DNA of 64,000 nt from Deltaproteobacteria bacterium. GTDB taxonomy: Bacteria; Desulfobacterota; Binatia; HRBIN30. The DNA lies in contig JACQEN010000136.1 of NCBI GenBank assembly GCA_016200585.1, positions 19,499 to 83,498 on the forward strand. Reading direction: 5' to 3'. A program made the position numbers and the translations under genes. Positions 50,527 through 59,931 of this stretch are shown in pieces (the first letter of the stretch is position 1; each line of letters opens with the position of its first letter). The notes below the pieces were generated by a model. That model saw only the letters and a list, made by a program, of their open reading frames with translations, ran no database searches and was not told the DNA's origin.

Positions 50527-51519
50527 GTGTCCGAAGTGTCGCCAGATCATCCAGATCCGGATGTACGGGCCGGAGAGCCCAGGCGAGGCAACCTGAGCTC
50601 GGGAGAACAACGGCGCTGGTCCGAAGCGCGAGGCGCGGCTGTTGCGGTGGCTGCCGTCACGCTTTCCGGTCTGGCGATCTTGCTGTACGGTCTACCCGGT
50701 GCATCGGCCTTCGATCCCGGCACGGTTGCCTTGTCGCTGGCCTTCTGCCTGCTGCTCACGGTGGTGGCGGCGTGGGCGCACGAGCTCTACGGACCGCAAT
50801 CGGCTGTCGCGGCTGCCTGGATTCTCGTAACCCTTCTGCTGGCGGCGCGTGAAAGCGGTCTGGTCGTGACCGACTTAGCCGCTGTGTCCGCGCTCGTGGT
50901 GTTCCTCTTCACAGCGTTGCGTTGCTTGCTCGATCCGAGCATCGAGGCGGCGGTCTTCAGCGCCGCGGCGTTTGCCTGGGGATCGTGGAGCGTTCCCGTC
51001 GGGCATTTGCTGTTGCTGCTGGCCGCGGCGCTCTTGGGGCGATGGCTCGGCGCCACTGGCCATGAGCGGGTCGGTCGAGTCGTACACGGGACGTTGGTGG
51101 CTGCAGCGATCATCGCGGCCGGTGGATTGGCACTGGCTGCAGGACTCGAAAAGTTGCTACCGTCCCTGTCGCACGTCTTCCAACCGCCGGGAGAAGCGCC
51201 GATCCTCGATGCCACGGCGCTGCCGTCCGTGGTCTTGCTCATTGTGGTACGTCCCTGGCGACGCCACCGCTGGTCGAGCGATATCGCTCTGCTTGGTGGG
51301 TTGGTCGTCATGCTGGCGGGTGTTCTACCGTGCTCGGAAGGGGCAGGGTGGTGGACCTGTGTCGGGTCGTCCTCGCAGGCGCGAGCGCTATTGCTTGCTG
51401 CTTTGCCGATTGGGGCGGTCTTGGGGGCTGCGAATTGGACCCACGAGCGCCCGTACTGGTGGCACTGGGTAGCCTTCGGCCTATTGGCCGTCGCGGTCTT
51501 TCAAAGTCTTGTCGGCTAA
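50527..51519 (+). CDS. hypothetical polytopic membrane protein
   Basis: 330 aa with about 8 hydrophobic helices and Ala/Leu-rich composition. No recognisable motif. Confidence 0.35.
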   Translation: MSEVSPDHPDPDVRAGEPRRGNLSSGEQRRWSEARGAAVAVAAVTLSGLAILLYGLPGASAFDPGTVALSLAFCLLLTVVAAWAHELYGPQSAVAAAWILVTLLLAARESGLVVTDLAAVSALVVFLFTALRCLLDPSIEAAVFSAAAFAWGSWSVPVGHLLLLLAAALLGRWLGATGHERVGRVVHGTLVAAAIIAAGGLALAAGLEKLLPSLSHVFQPPGEAPILDATALPSVVLLIVVRPWRRHRWSSDIALLGGLVVMLAGVLPCSEGAGWWTCVGSSSQARALLLAALPIGAVLGAANWTHERPYWWHWVAFGLLAVAVFQSLVG

Positions 51520-51888
51520 GTTTGGTGCGATGGACGCCACCCGGCAGGACGAGGGGGACCGTCCTACCGGGCGGGTGTTGGGGGAAGGAAGTTGGCGGGA
51601 AACTAACTCTCCAGGCTTCGTGTCCGCCGCGGCGTTGCTTTCAGACGCCGCGCCGGCTGGAGAGAGGAATCGGAGGCGCGGGGCGGCTGATGCAAAGCCA
51701 CCACCGCGAGCCATTGCTTATCTGCTTTCGACCACTTCCCAATTGCCAGCATCCGCATCACCACGCCTCCGTTCTGCTGCGCAGTGCGTAAAGGAGGCAA
51801 GGCCCGTGCCAGATCGGATCGACCGCTTGCGTGCCACCGGCAAACGCGATGTGCACGATTTCGTGCAACGCGTGGCGGAAATTTGAAC

Positions 51889-52980
51889 CTACCAGCGCGC
51901 CCGATGTTCTTCGGCCCAACCCAGCAGGCCGTCGATCCCCAGCTCTTCGCCCAAGTCGTCGACGATCGTGCCGCTGAAGGTGCCAAGAGCCCAGTGCAAC
52001 TCGCTGCGAGCAATCAACAGTTCGACGCGTTGCGCTTCGTTGAGGCGCGGCGTGAAGGTTAAGTCGACACGCTGCGAGTGCGGCGCACGGATACGCCATG
52101 GCCGCGAGAAGTCTTTACGGTCGTATTCCCAGACGAGGTCATCGCCGATCTTGTGCAAGCGGCCGTCGATGCATAGCCCGTTCTCGGTCATGCCCGTACC
52201 GTCGGTCCATTGGCCGCCGAGGTTCAATCCAACCACGTGCTCACCCTGGCGCCCCGAAGCCGATGCCCAATTCCAAGTCGTGTTGTACGGCCAGACTCCG
52301 CGTCCATAGTCGAGCACGCCGTAGGCATGGTTGTCGGAATCGAAGCCGTACGTCTTGCCGTCGAGAACGGCGCTGCCGCGTGCCGGTCGCGTGTTGTGCT
52401 TGGAAGTGAATTGAAAGCGGTGCTCGTTCCACGGAATGACCACGCTGAGCGACTCATGCGCCGGCGGCTGCTCCACCAGCACATCGACCTCGAATCGATG
52501 CGCGCGGTCGCTGAAGCTGGCCTTGAGGCGAGTGCCGGGAGGTTCCTCGTCGATGCACAGTTCGAAGCCTTGGCGTGCAAAGCGCAGCGGTCCGGCAACG
52601 ACTTGCGCCGGGAAGCGCAATTGTCGTTGGAAAAAACCGTACTGGCTCGAGTGTGCGTTCTGTCCGCTGGCGTAGTCAAGCAAGCCGACGTCGAGGATCC
52701 CGAGGTAGTCTGTGCAAGCATAGGTCATGCGCAAAAGGTGCGTGTCGGTCTGCACGCCCCAGAAGTTCCAACGCTTGCGCGCCGGCCAGCCGCCCGGCAG
52801 AGCGCAGCGCTGCAAGGGCCGGCGCGACCAGCCGACGGCTTGGCGATTGAGGCGTCCATCGGGCAGCGCCAGATCGACAGGTTCGAGAATTTCGCGCTCG
52901 TGAGTCAGCTGTTGCAGATGCCGTTGCGCAGCAGGTTGCACGGGATCTCCTTCGTTGCCTTGGTCGAATGCGGTTACCAC
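51889..52980 (-). CDS. conserved hypothetical protein (possibly DUF2804 family)
   Basis: 363-aa soluble protein with non-repetitive, protein-like composition. The family assignment is from memory only and is weak. The start is uncertain. Confidence 0.3.
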   Translation of the reverse strand: MVTAFDQGNEGDPVQPAAQRHLQQLTHEREILEPVDLALPDGRLNRQAVGWSRRPLQRCALPGGWPARKRWNFWGVQTDTHLLRMTYACTDYLGILDVGLLDYASGQNAHSSQYGFFQRQLRFPAQVVAGPLRFARQGFELCIDEEPPGTRLKASFSDRAHRFEVDVLVEQPPAHESLSVVIPWNEHRFQFTSKHNTRPARGSAVLDGKTYGFDSDNHAYGVLDYGRGVWPYNTTWNWASASGRQGEHVVGLNLGGQWTDGTGMTENGLCIDGRLHKIGDDLVWEYDRKDFSRPWRIRAPHSQRVDLTFTPRLNEAQRVELLIARSELHWALGTFSGTIVDDLGEELGIDGLLGWAEEHRARW

Positions 52981-53037
52981 ATTCGTGGCACGGATCGAAT
53001 ACGCAGCCGGCGGCCCAGCCCGGGCTGAAGAATTCTC

Positions 53038-54276
53038 TTGCCTCGTTCGCTATGCCTTTCTCCGATGTCGACCAACCGTGAGGTCTTGCCACGCGATCTG
53101 CGCTTCTACCTGATGAGCCGTTTCTGTGGCGCGACGGCGCTGACGATGCTGCGCTCGACGGTATCGTGGCACGTTTTCCAGTTGTCGCACTCGGCATTCC
53201 AGCTTGGGCTCATCGGGCTGGTGCAGTTCGCTCCGGCGTTGACGTTGTCTCTTGTCGGCGGGGCGGTTGCCGATACGTTCGAGCGCCGGCGTGTCAGCCT
53301 GACGGCGCAATTGGTTCCGCTTGGCGCCGGGACGCTGCTGGCGTTGGCAACGTGCCACGACATGATCAGCGTGCCGCTGCTGTACGCCGCGGTCTTCTGC
53401 GTTGCCTGCGCGGCGGCGTTCGACAACCCGGCGCGTGCTTCGTTGCTACCGACTCTGGTGTCGCGCGACATGTTTCCGCGCGCCGTGACGATAGCCTCGA
53501 CGACGCAGGCGTTGGCTTTTGCCAGCGGTCCGGCGGTGGGTGGCTTGATCATCGCCAAGCTCGGCATTGGCGGGGCCTACGCGGCGCATGTTGTGCTCAT
53601 TGTCGCGTCGATGACCTCCCTGACCCGCCTCAAACCAAATCGAGCCGACACGCCACGACGGGCGATCGATATGACCGTCATTCGCGAGGGCCTGCGCTTC
53701 GTACGCCATCAGCAGGTCGTCTTGGGCTGCATGACGCTCGACATGTTCGCCGTCATCTTCGGCGGAGCAACGGCGCTGTTGCCGATCTACGCCAACGAGA
53801 TTTTGCATGTCGGTGCGCAAGGCTTCGGGTTGTTGTCAGCCTCGCTCGAAACCGGCGCTCTGCTGTCTGCGGTCGTCTTGATGTTTGCCCCGCCGATTCA
53901 ACGATCCGGCCGAGCCTTGCTGCTTGCCGTGGCGGCTTTTGGTGCGGCGACAGTCGTCTTTGGCCTGTCGCGTTGGTTTCCGCTTTCGATTGCCGCCTAC
54001 ATGGCGGCAGGTATGGCCGATCAAGTCAGTGTCGTCATGCGCAGCACGATGATCCAGCTCAGTACGCCCGACGAGCTGCGCGGCCGCGTCAGCTCGGTGA
54101 ATTTCATTTTCATCGGGGCCTCGAACCAATTGGGGGCGGTCGAATCGGGCTTTGTTGCAGCGGCGACCAATGCAACGTTCGCCGTGGTCAGCGGCGGTAT
54201 CGGCTGTCTGCTGGTTCTGGCAATCGTCGCAGCGCGTATGCCGGCACTTCGCGGCCACCGCATCGTTCACCGCTGA
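53038..54276 (+). CDS. MFS transporter
   Basis: 12 TM. The loop after TM2 (GAVADTFERRRV) is MFS-like. 412 aa. Confidence 0.8.
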   Translation: MPRSLCLSPMSTNREVLPRDLRFYLMSRFCGATALTMLRSTVSWHVFQLSHSAFQLGLIGLVQFAPALTLSLVGGAVADTFERRRVSLTAQLVPLGAGTLLALATCHDMISVPLLYAAVFCVACAAAFDNPARASLLPTLVSRDMFPRAVTIASTTQALAFASGPAVGGLIIAKLGIGGAYAAHVVLIVASMTSLTRLKPNRADTPRRAIDMTVIREGLRFVRHQQVVLGCMTLDMFAVIFGGATALLPIYANEILHVGAQGFGLLSASLETGALLSAVVLMFAPPIQRSGRALLLAVAAFGAATVVFGLSRWFPLSIAAYMAAGMADQVSVVMRSTMIQLSTPDELRGRVSSVNFIFIGASNQLGAVESGFVAAATNATFAVVSGGIGCLLVLAIVAARMPALRGHRIVHR

Positions 54277-54300
54277 GATGTGCTTGCCGAGCGGTGGCAA

Positions 54301-54939
54301 TCAAGCGGTTGGAATTGGCACGATCGACGTCCGGCTGGCGACGCGCTTGCGGGTCAGGCGGAGAAAGAGACCTGCAAGCAGCAGCAGGACCAGCGGCAGA
54401 TACCAGATCGATTGGATCGCCGCTCGTGGCGCATAGGAAGCGAAGAAGATGAACCAGATGTAGTAGCTGCCGACGGTGTGCAGGCGTCGCCAGACGACGC
54501 TGCCGACCCAAGCGGCGCTGCGATCGAACGACGTCGCCGCCATTGCGAAGATAAATAGGTAAGCAAGGCCGCCACCGACGATCGTGCCCCTGGAGATCGC
54601 GAATTCCGGATCGACGCGCAGCAAAATGAGGATCACCGCCAGGTGTAGAGCATGCGACAGGGCGAACGAGACGCCGAGGTAGCGTCGGTTGGCCAGCAGC
54701 CAACGAGTTGCCGGCGCCGGCCAGCGGCGGGCCGCGGAAGAAGCGACGAAGGCGCACAAGAAAAGGATCAGCGATGTCTTGGCACTGGCCCGAATGACGG
54801 CGCGTACGCCGGCGGCCCCGGTCCCGTACCACGCCAGTAAAGCGGCGGTCATTCCGCCCAGCAGCAGCGCGCAGTAGCCAACCAACCTCCAGCCGACCGT
54901 GCCTGGCGTTTTCGCTCGCATGCGCAAGTGATCGCACAA
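54301..54939 (-). CDS. hypothetical integral membrane protein (about 6 TM)
   Basis: 212 aa, hydrophobic, with conserved His residues in the TM segments (SHALHLAVILILL). Possibly a ferric-reductase-like TM domain. Low confidence. Confidence 0.35.
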   Translation of the reverse strand: MCDHLRMRAKTPGTVGWRLVGYCALLLGGMTAALLAWYGTGAAGVRAVIRASAKTSLILFLCAFVASSAARRWPAPATRWLLANRRYLGVSFALSHALHLAVILILLRVDPEFAISRGTIVGGGLAYLFIFAMAATSFDRSAAWVGSVVWRRLHTVGSYYIWFIFFASYAPRAAIQSIWYLPLVLLLLAGLFLRLTRKRVASRTSIVPIPTA

Positions 54940-55092
54940 GTCCGGCGGGCTAGGAAAGAGTCAGACGCCGTTGTCGTTCGTACATTCGTGTATCATTCGG
55001 GTGTTGCTTGATCGGCGACTCCTCCGGCTGGGCGTACCTCGTGTTTGTTCGGTGTTGTGTGATGCGTCGGCATGCTACTGAAAACGTGTACC

Positions 55093-55743
55093 ATGCCTGT
55101 GCGTCAGTTTCCCGATCCTCGCAGTGCCGGTCCGGAAGGTGTCTTGGCTGTCGGTGGCGACCTGCATCCGCAAACGTTGCAGCTGGCGTACCGTCAGGGA
55201 ATTTTCCCCTGGCCGGCCCCCGGCTATCCGTTGCTTTGGTTCTGTCCGCCGGAACGCGGCGTTCTCGACTTCGCGGCGCTGCATGTGCCGCGCAGTTTGG
55301 TCTACGCCAGACGTCACACGACATTGCGGTTCACGCTGGATCGCGCCTTCAACCGGGTCATCGACGCTTGCAGCTCGACACCGCGTCCGGCGCAGGACGG
55401 AACCTGGATCACGCCACAGATCCTCTCCGCGTACATTCGATTGCATCGCCTGGGCGTGGCTCACAGTGTCGAAGCGTGGAACGACGACTTGCTCGTCGGC
55501 GGCTTGTACGGCGTGGATGTAGACGGGGTGTTCGCGGCCGAGAGTATGTTCTATCGCGAGCCCAACGCTTCAAAGCTGGCGCTGCTGCATCTGGTCGATC
55601 ATCTCAAGAGCCGTGGTCTCGACTGGATCGACATCCAGGTGATGACGCCGCACTTGGCGCGACTGGGAGCAACAACCATCAGTCGCGATGCGTTCCTGGC
55701 TCGCTTGCAGGCAACCCGGGCGCGGGGCCTGAAGCTCTTCTAG
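55093..55743 (+). CDS. aat: leucyl/phenylalanyl-tRNA--protein transferase
   Basis: YRQGIFPWPAPGYPLLWFCPPERGVL...SVEAWNDDLLVGGLYGVDVDGVFAAESMF matches L/F-transferase motifs. The start was taken at the second Met. Confidence 0.85.
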   Translation: MPVRQFPDPRSAGPEGVLAVGGDLHPQTLQLAYRQGIFPWPAPGYPLLWFCPPERGVLDFAALHVPRSLVYARRHTTLRFTLDRAFNRVIDACSSTPRPAQDGTWITPQILSAYIRLHRLGVAHSVEAWNDDLLVGGLYGVDVDGVFAAESMFYREPNASKLALLHLVDHLKSRGLDWIDIQVMTPHLARLGATTISRDAFLARLQATRARGLKLF

Positions 55744-56641
55744 CCGCTGGGCGCTTGTCGGCCGCAGGTGCGGCGACAAAAGCGGCGACGCCGCTGGCCG
55801 CAAACAGGAGTCCGATCCATTGCTGCAGGGTGGGAATTTCGCCGAGCAGAAGAAAGCTTGCGACCAGCGAAAGCAGCGGAATCGACGGTACGACGATAGC
55901 GGTCGTTCGCGCCAGATCGAGACGCAAGACTGCCAGGTACCACACCAGCGTACCGGCGTAGCTCAGTATGATTCCCTGGGTTGCCAAGAGCGGCAAGAGC
56001 CGGATGAGATCCGGTGTCGGCGGAAGGTCGGCGAGGCCACCGCGCAGCAGCCAGATTGCCGACAACAAGACGCCGCCGTAAACGTAGCGCCCGCCGGTGA
56101 TTACCAGGGCCGGGACGCCGTCGAGATGCAGCAAGACAATCAGGTGCGAAAGCTGCCAGCAAAGCGGCGCGCCGAGCAGCACAAGGACGCCCGGGGACAA
56201 GGCAACTCGTCCGCCCACGGCAAGTACGATTCCGATCAACAGGGCAGCCGTCGCGGCCATGCGCCGTGGCGTCGGCGCATGACCGAGGAAAAGCCACGCC
56301 AGGAGCAGCGAGTATGCCGGCTCGCTTTGCAGGCAGACGACGGTTTCGATTGCACTGGCGCGTTGTGCTCCCCAGAAGAACATCGTGAAGGCGCCGGCGG
56401 TTCCTAGAGCGCCGACGACAAAGAGCCCTGTCGCATTCGGTCTGGCGATCAGCGCCGCGAGCTGGCCGCGGTAGGCAAGGACAACCGCGGCGGCAATTCC
56501 GGCAAACAAGGCTGCCGAAGTCGCAACGAAAAACGGCTCGGCGCGGTTCGTAGTAAGTTTGGCGACCGCGGGAACGAAAGCCCCGTTGAGAGCACAGAGT
56601 GCCGCAAATAGGAGTCCGGTGCGTTCGTGCTCATGGCGCAT
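55679..56641 (-). CDS. DMT/EamA-family transporter
   Basis: 10 TM with duplicated EamA halves. Its 3' end overlaps the aat 3' end (convergent) by 65 bp. Confidence 0.7.
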   Translation of the reverse strand: MRHEHERTGLLFAALCALNGAFVPAVAKLTTNRAEPFFVATSAALFAGIAAAVVLAYRGQLAALIARPNATGLFVVGALGTAGAFTMFFWGAQRASAIETVVCLQSEPAYSLLLAWLFLGHAPTPRRMAATAALLIGIVLAVGGRVALSPGVLVLLGAPLCWQLSHLIVLLHLDGVPALVITGGRYVYGGVLLSAIWLLRGGLADLPPTPDLIRLLPLLATQGIILSYAGTLVWYLAVLRLDLARTTAIVVPSIPLLSLVASFLLLGEIPTLQQWIGLLFAASGVAAFVAAPAADKRPAARRASGPAPGLPASEPGTHRD

Positions 56642-56762
56642 CGGCGGCGGACCTTAGCGAGACGTGGCTGCGGCCGTAAGGGCGCGGCTGGCGAGATCGT
56701 GCGGCGGCTCGATTGGCGTTGGTCACGTGCTACCACTATCCTTCGAAACGGAAGTATCCATC

Positions 56763-57164
56763 ATGCCCGACCTCTCCGGCTCTCGCTGGCTACCGCGCCT
56801 CGCTGCAACCATGATTGCGATCCTTGCCGCCGCAACGGTGGCGTTGGTCGGCTTTCTGCTGTGGTGGTCGAGCCGGATCGGTGCAACGCGTTCCGAGCCG
56901 GTACCTCGTGTTGCGCCGGTGCGGGAATCTGCTTTTGACCGGCGAGGCGCGGCCCAACCTGCGACTCAGAACAACAACGCGGCGCAGCCAGCCGTGCCGA
57001 CGCCGCAACACGCTGTGCCGACGCCGGTCAACCTGGCATCGTCGACCCCGGTGCCGAGCACGTCGTCGAATTCCGACGCCGAAAAGAACAAGGCCATCGC
57101 GCGCGGCCTGGCCGGGTTGGCGAAGGACCCGCGAGCAGCGGCACGTTTTGGCGTCCCGCCCTGA
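56763..57164 (+). CDS. small membrane-anchored/secreted low-complexity protein, paralogue of the 57322..57624 product
   Basis: N-terminal TM (AATMIAILAAATVALVGFLLWW), a Pro/Ala/Thr-rich linker, and a conserved C-terminal motif (IARGLAGLAKDP-x5-FGVPP). Confidence 0.4.
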   Translation: MPDLSGSRWLPRLAATMIAILAAATVALVGFLLWWSSRIGATRSEPVPRVAPVRESAFDRRGAAQPATQNNNAAQPAVPTPQHAVPTPVNLASSTPVPSTSSNSDAEKNKAIARGLAGLAKDPRAAARFGVPP

Positions 57165-57321
57165 CGCGCCGGTTTCGTCCGCCGACATCCACAAGTCCGG
57201 ATCGATCAAGCGCCTTCATTCTTATGGATGATGATCGTGGCGTGATGATTTCGTGACGGCGTAGCTTGCTGTTGCAGTAGAACTATGGTGAATACGCCGC
57301 CTCGAAACCAAGAGGGGGACG

Positions 57322-57624
57322 GTGCGTAACCGAAAGGCCATGGGCAGTCGCCGTGATCTTGCGATCGCCAGCTTGATGCTGGGGTTTGTCGTCATGCAGT
57401 TGGTGCAGTGTAGTGCATCCGCCCCCCATTCGACCTCGCAACCCCAGCCGGCGGTCCAAGCATCGCCAGTGCGCGAAGCGGATGAGCATGAGAGCGACGC
57501 GACACCGGGGCGGGGAGACGAGGCGCAAGAAGAGGAGCGTGCGAAGATCCACGGCGTTGCACGCGCTCTGCAAACCATTGCTGCGAATCCCGAGATGCAG
57601 AAAACCTACGGTTTCAAGCCGTAA
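57322..57624 (+). CDS. small secreted acidic protein, paralogue of the 56763..57164 product
   Basis: Signal peptide, an acidic linker, and the C-terminal VARALQTIAANP-x5-YGFKP, which aligns with the upstream protein's C-terminus. Confidence 0.4.
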   Translation: MRNRKAMGSRRDLAIASLMLGFVVMQLVQCSASAPHSTSQPQPAVQASPVREADEHESDATPGRGDEAQEEERAKIHGVARALQTIAANPEMQKTYGFKP

Positions 57625-57813
57625 GACACCAACAGTCGGAATCGCCGCAGCGGTTGGCTGTAATCGTCCCGAGCGCAGATCGATTGCGACGTTCCTGCTT
57701 GACAATGCTCCCTTCACGCGGGAACACTGGCGAAAATTTCATCGCCGAGTCATGAAGTCTTAATCCGGTGCTGCTGCGCCGGTCTGCAGTTTGGCGAGAC
57801 GGGAGCACATTGA

Positions 57814-59805
57814 ATGAAGCATTGGCTGGTTGTCGCAGGGTTGTTGGTGTGTGGGGTGGCTTCGGGGGCCATGGCGCAGGTCGATAGCAACATCGCTGTA
57901 ACGCCATATGCGCAAGGGCGCGGAATTGCGCCGTGCGTATCGCCCGGCAATACCGGTTGCGGCGGCTGCTACCCCGACGGCCTGCCGTCGGGTGACCCGC
58001 TTGCCGACGCGCTGGCGCAGTTGCCCAAGGTGAATCCGGAATGGCAAGGCATCGCAACGATGATTCAACCCCCCGCCCCGGGTGCGGATCTTTCCTTGCC
58101 GCCAAATGCCACGCCAGTGCGCATCACCGGCACCATCGGACTGAGTAAGAGCCCGGGCGACGATTTCCCGGGGTCGCATGTCAGCCCCGACTACAACGCC
58201 GAGATCATCCCGGACGACGTTTCGCGGCTGGCGACGGGAAACGGCAACAACCGCGTCGAATTCGAGCATGAGGGCGATCTATTCCCGCTGTACATGTGGG
58301 CCGGGGAGGGCGACAAAGTGATCGCCGAAGGCCGCTGGATCTTCGATTGTGGTCACCCCGATCCCGGGCCGCTGGGCAAGTGCTCCAACAACGCGAGCAA
58401 GAGCTGCGTCATCGATTCGGACTGTACCAGCCCCGGAACATGCACGAGCCCGCCTCCCAACTTTGCCTTCCAATCCGAGCTCCATCCGCCGCAGGCAACC
58501 GTCATGATCCGTGACAAGAGCCTGCCGGCGTCGAAGACCGGCCGCACCTCGCCTGCAATCCCCGCCAAACAGGCCGACGTCTACATCAGCGCCAACAACG
58601 GCGGCGCCGGAGATCGTTGCACGGTGACCCACCTCGCTTCCGCTTCCGATGTGCTGTTCAGCAAGTCGTGTTACCTGAATCACTGCTCCGTAACGGTCGG
58701 TCGTTCGTGCAGGAGCAACTCGGATTGTGCCGCCAACGAGACCTGCCTGATCTACGATCCGGCAGGGCGGCTCGCCAATGTCAACGCCTCGGATTTTGCG
58801 TTCGATCTGCCGCTGCCGTCGCCACCGTCGATGACGTCTACGCTGCAGATCAAGATGCAAAGCTTCAAACCCAAGGGCGGCCAGATGCCGAAGCCGGTCT
58901 TCACTCTGCCCACCCAACCCTACGGGCCGTCGCCAACCGTGCACGTTGTCGTCCCAATGTCGGCTCTGTTGGCGAATGGCAAAATGCCTGACGTCTTCGC
59001 CGAACGCATCAGCGCCGGCTGGAAGGAAGACGTGACGGCGCTGACCCACGTTCAGGTGAAGTTCAAGAAGTTGCATCTGACCAATCCGGTGAAGCACAGC
59101 GCCGCGGCGCTGAATCGCGTTTGCACCGACCCCAATGGCGGTCTGACGGCGACCTCCTGTACCACCGACACGGATTGCATGGCCGGCAACTGCGCCTCGT
59201 CGGGCAAGTCGTGTTACAGCAACAAGGATTGCTCGAAGAAGGACTTCTGCGCCGGTCCTTCGAATTGCGTCGGCGGTCTCACCCCCGGTTGGCGCCTCTG
59301 GGCCGAGGTCAACGGCGATTGGGTGAAATTCAAGAAGCTGGAAACGGTCGGTGCCACGGCGCCGTTTACGGCTCCTCCCTACGCCGTGCCAAGCCCGATT
59401 CCGACGATCACCGAGAGCTTCACCTTCAACGAATATGTTCCACCCATGGGGGCTATCCACCTGAAGGTGTCGGGGCGGAGCTTGAATTGCCTCAACACTT
59501 TGTTCGGCGGAAATTTGAAGGACGGTCTAGCGACCTATGGGCTCGGCGGCGGCGCGGGTTGTCTGAACGCCGGCAGCACCGACCCTGGTACGATCGATCT
59601 GACACTGAACGGCCCGAACTTCGGCACGACCGGACCAGGACAACTGACCACATTCACTACGGCGGCCACGGGTGGTGACGGCGGTACCTGTTCGATGACA
59701 ACGACCCAGCTTTGTGTCGACAGCGCCGATTGCCCCGGCGGTGAAACCTGTGTCTCGAGCGGCGGCGGCTATCAGCTGGAATACACCGTGAAGGTTATAC
59801 CGTGA
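57814..59805 (+). CDS. secreted cysteine-rich hypothetical protein (663 aa)
   Basis: Signal peptide MKHWLVVAGLLVCGVASGAMA. Four C-x(n)-C-x-x-D-C-type knots (CVIDSDCTSPGTC, CRSNSDCAANETC, CTTDTDCMAGNC / CYSNKDCSKKDFC, CVDSADCPGGETC). Confidence 0.5.
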   Translation: MKHWLVVAGLLVCGVASGAMAQVDSNIAVTPYAQGRGIAPCVSPGNTGCGGCYPDGLPSGDPLADALAQLPKVNPEWQGIATMIQPPAPGADLSLPPNATPVRITGTIGLSKSPGDDFPGSHVSPDYNAEIIPDDVSRLATGNGNNRVEFEHEGDLFPLYMWAGEGDKVIAEGRWIFDCGHPDPGPLGKCSNNASKSCVIDSDCTSPGTCTSPPPNFAFQSELHPPQATVMIRDKSLPASKTGRTSPAIPAKQADVYISANNGGAGDRCTVTHLASASDVLFSKSCYLNHCSVTVGRSCRSNSDCAANETCLIYDPAGRLANVNASDFAFDLPLPSPPSMTSTLQIKMQSFKPKGGQMPKPVFTLPTQPYGPSPTVHVVVPMSALLANGKMPDVFAERISAGWKEDVTALTHVQVKFKKLHLTNPVKHSAAALNRVCTDPNGGLTATSCTTDTDCMAGNCASSGKSCYSNKDCSKKDFCAGPSNCVGGLTPGWRLWAEVNGDWVKFKKLETVGATAPFTAPPYAVPSPIPTITESFTFNEYVPPMGAIHLKVSGRSLNCLNTLFGGNLKDGLATYGLGGGAGCLNAGSTDPGTIDLTLNGPNFGTTGPGQLTTFTTAATGGDGGTCSMTTTQLCVDSADCPGGETCVSSGGGYQLEYTVKVIP

Positions 59806-59931
59806 CGCAAGCGCGTCGCCGACACTGAAAACGGAAAAGGTCTGAGCTCGCCAGAACACCGACCGGCGGACACGGAACAGCAGAATGGAGCGCCGATCTC
59901 GTCAACGAGGTCGGCGCTTGCCGTTTCACGG

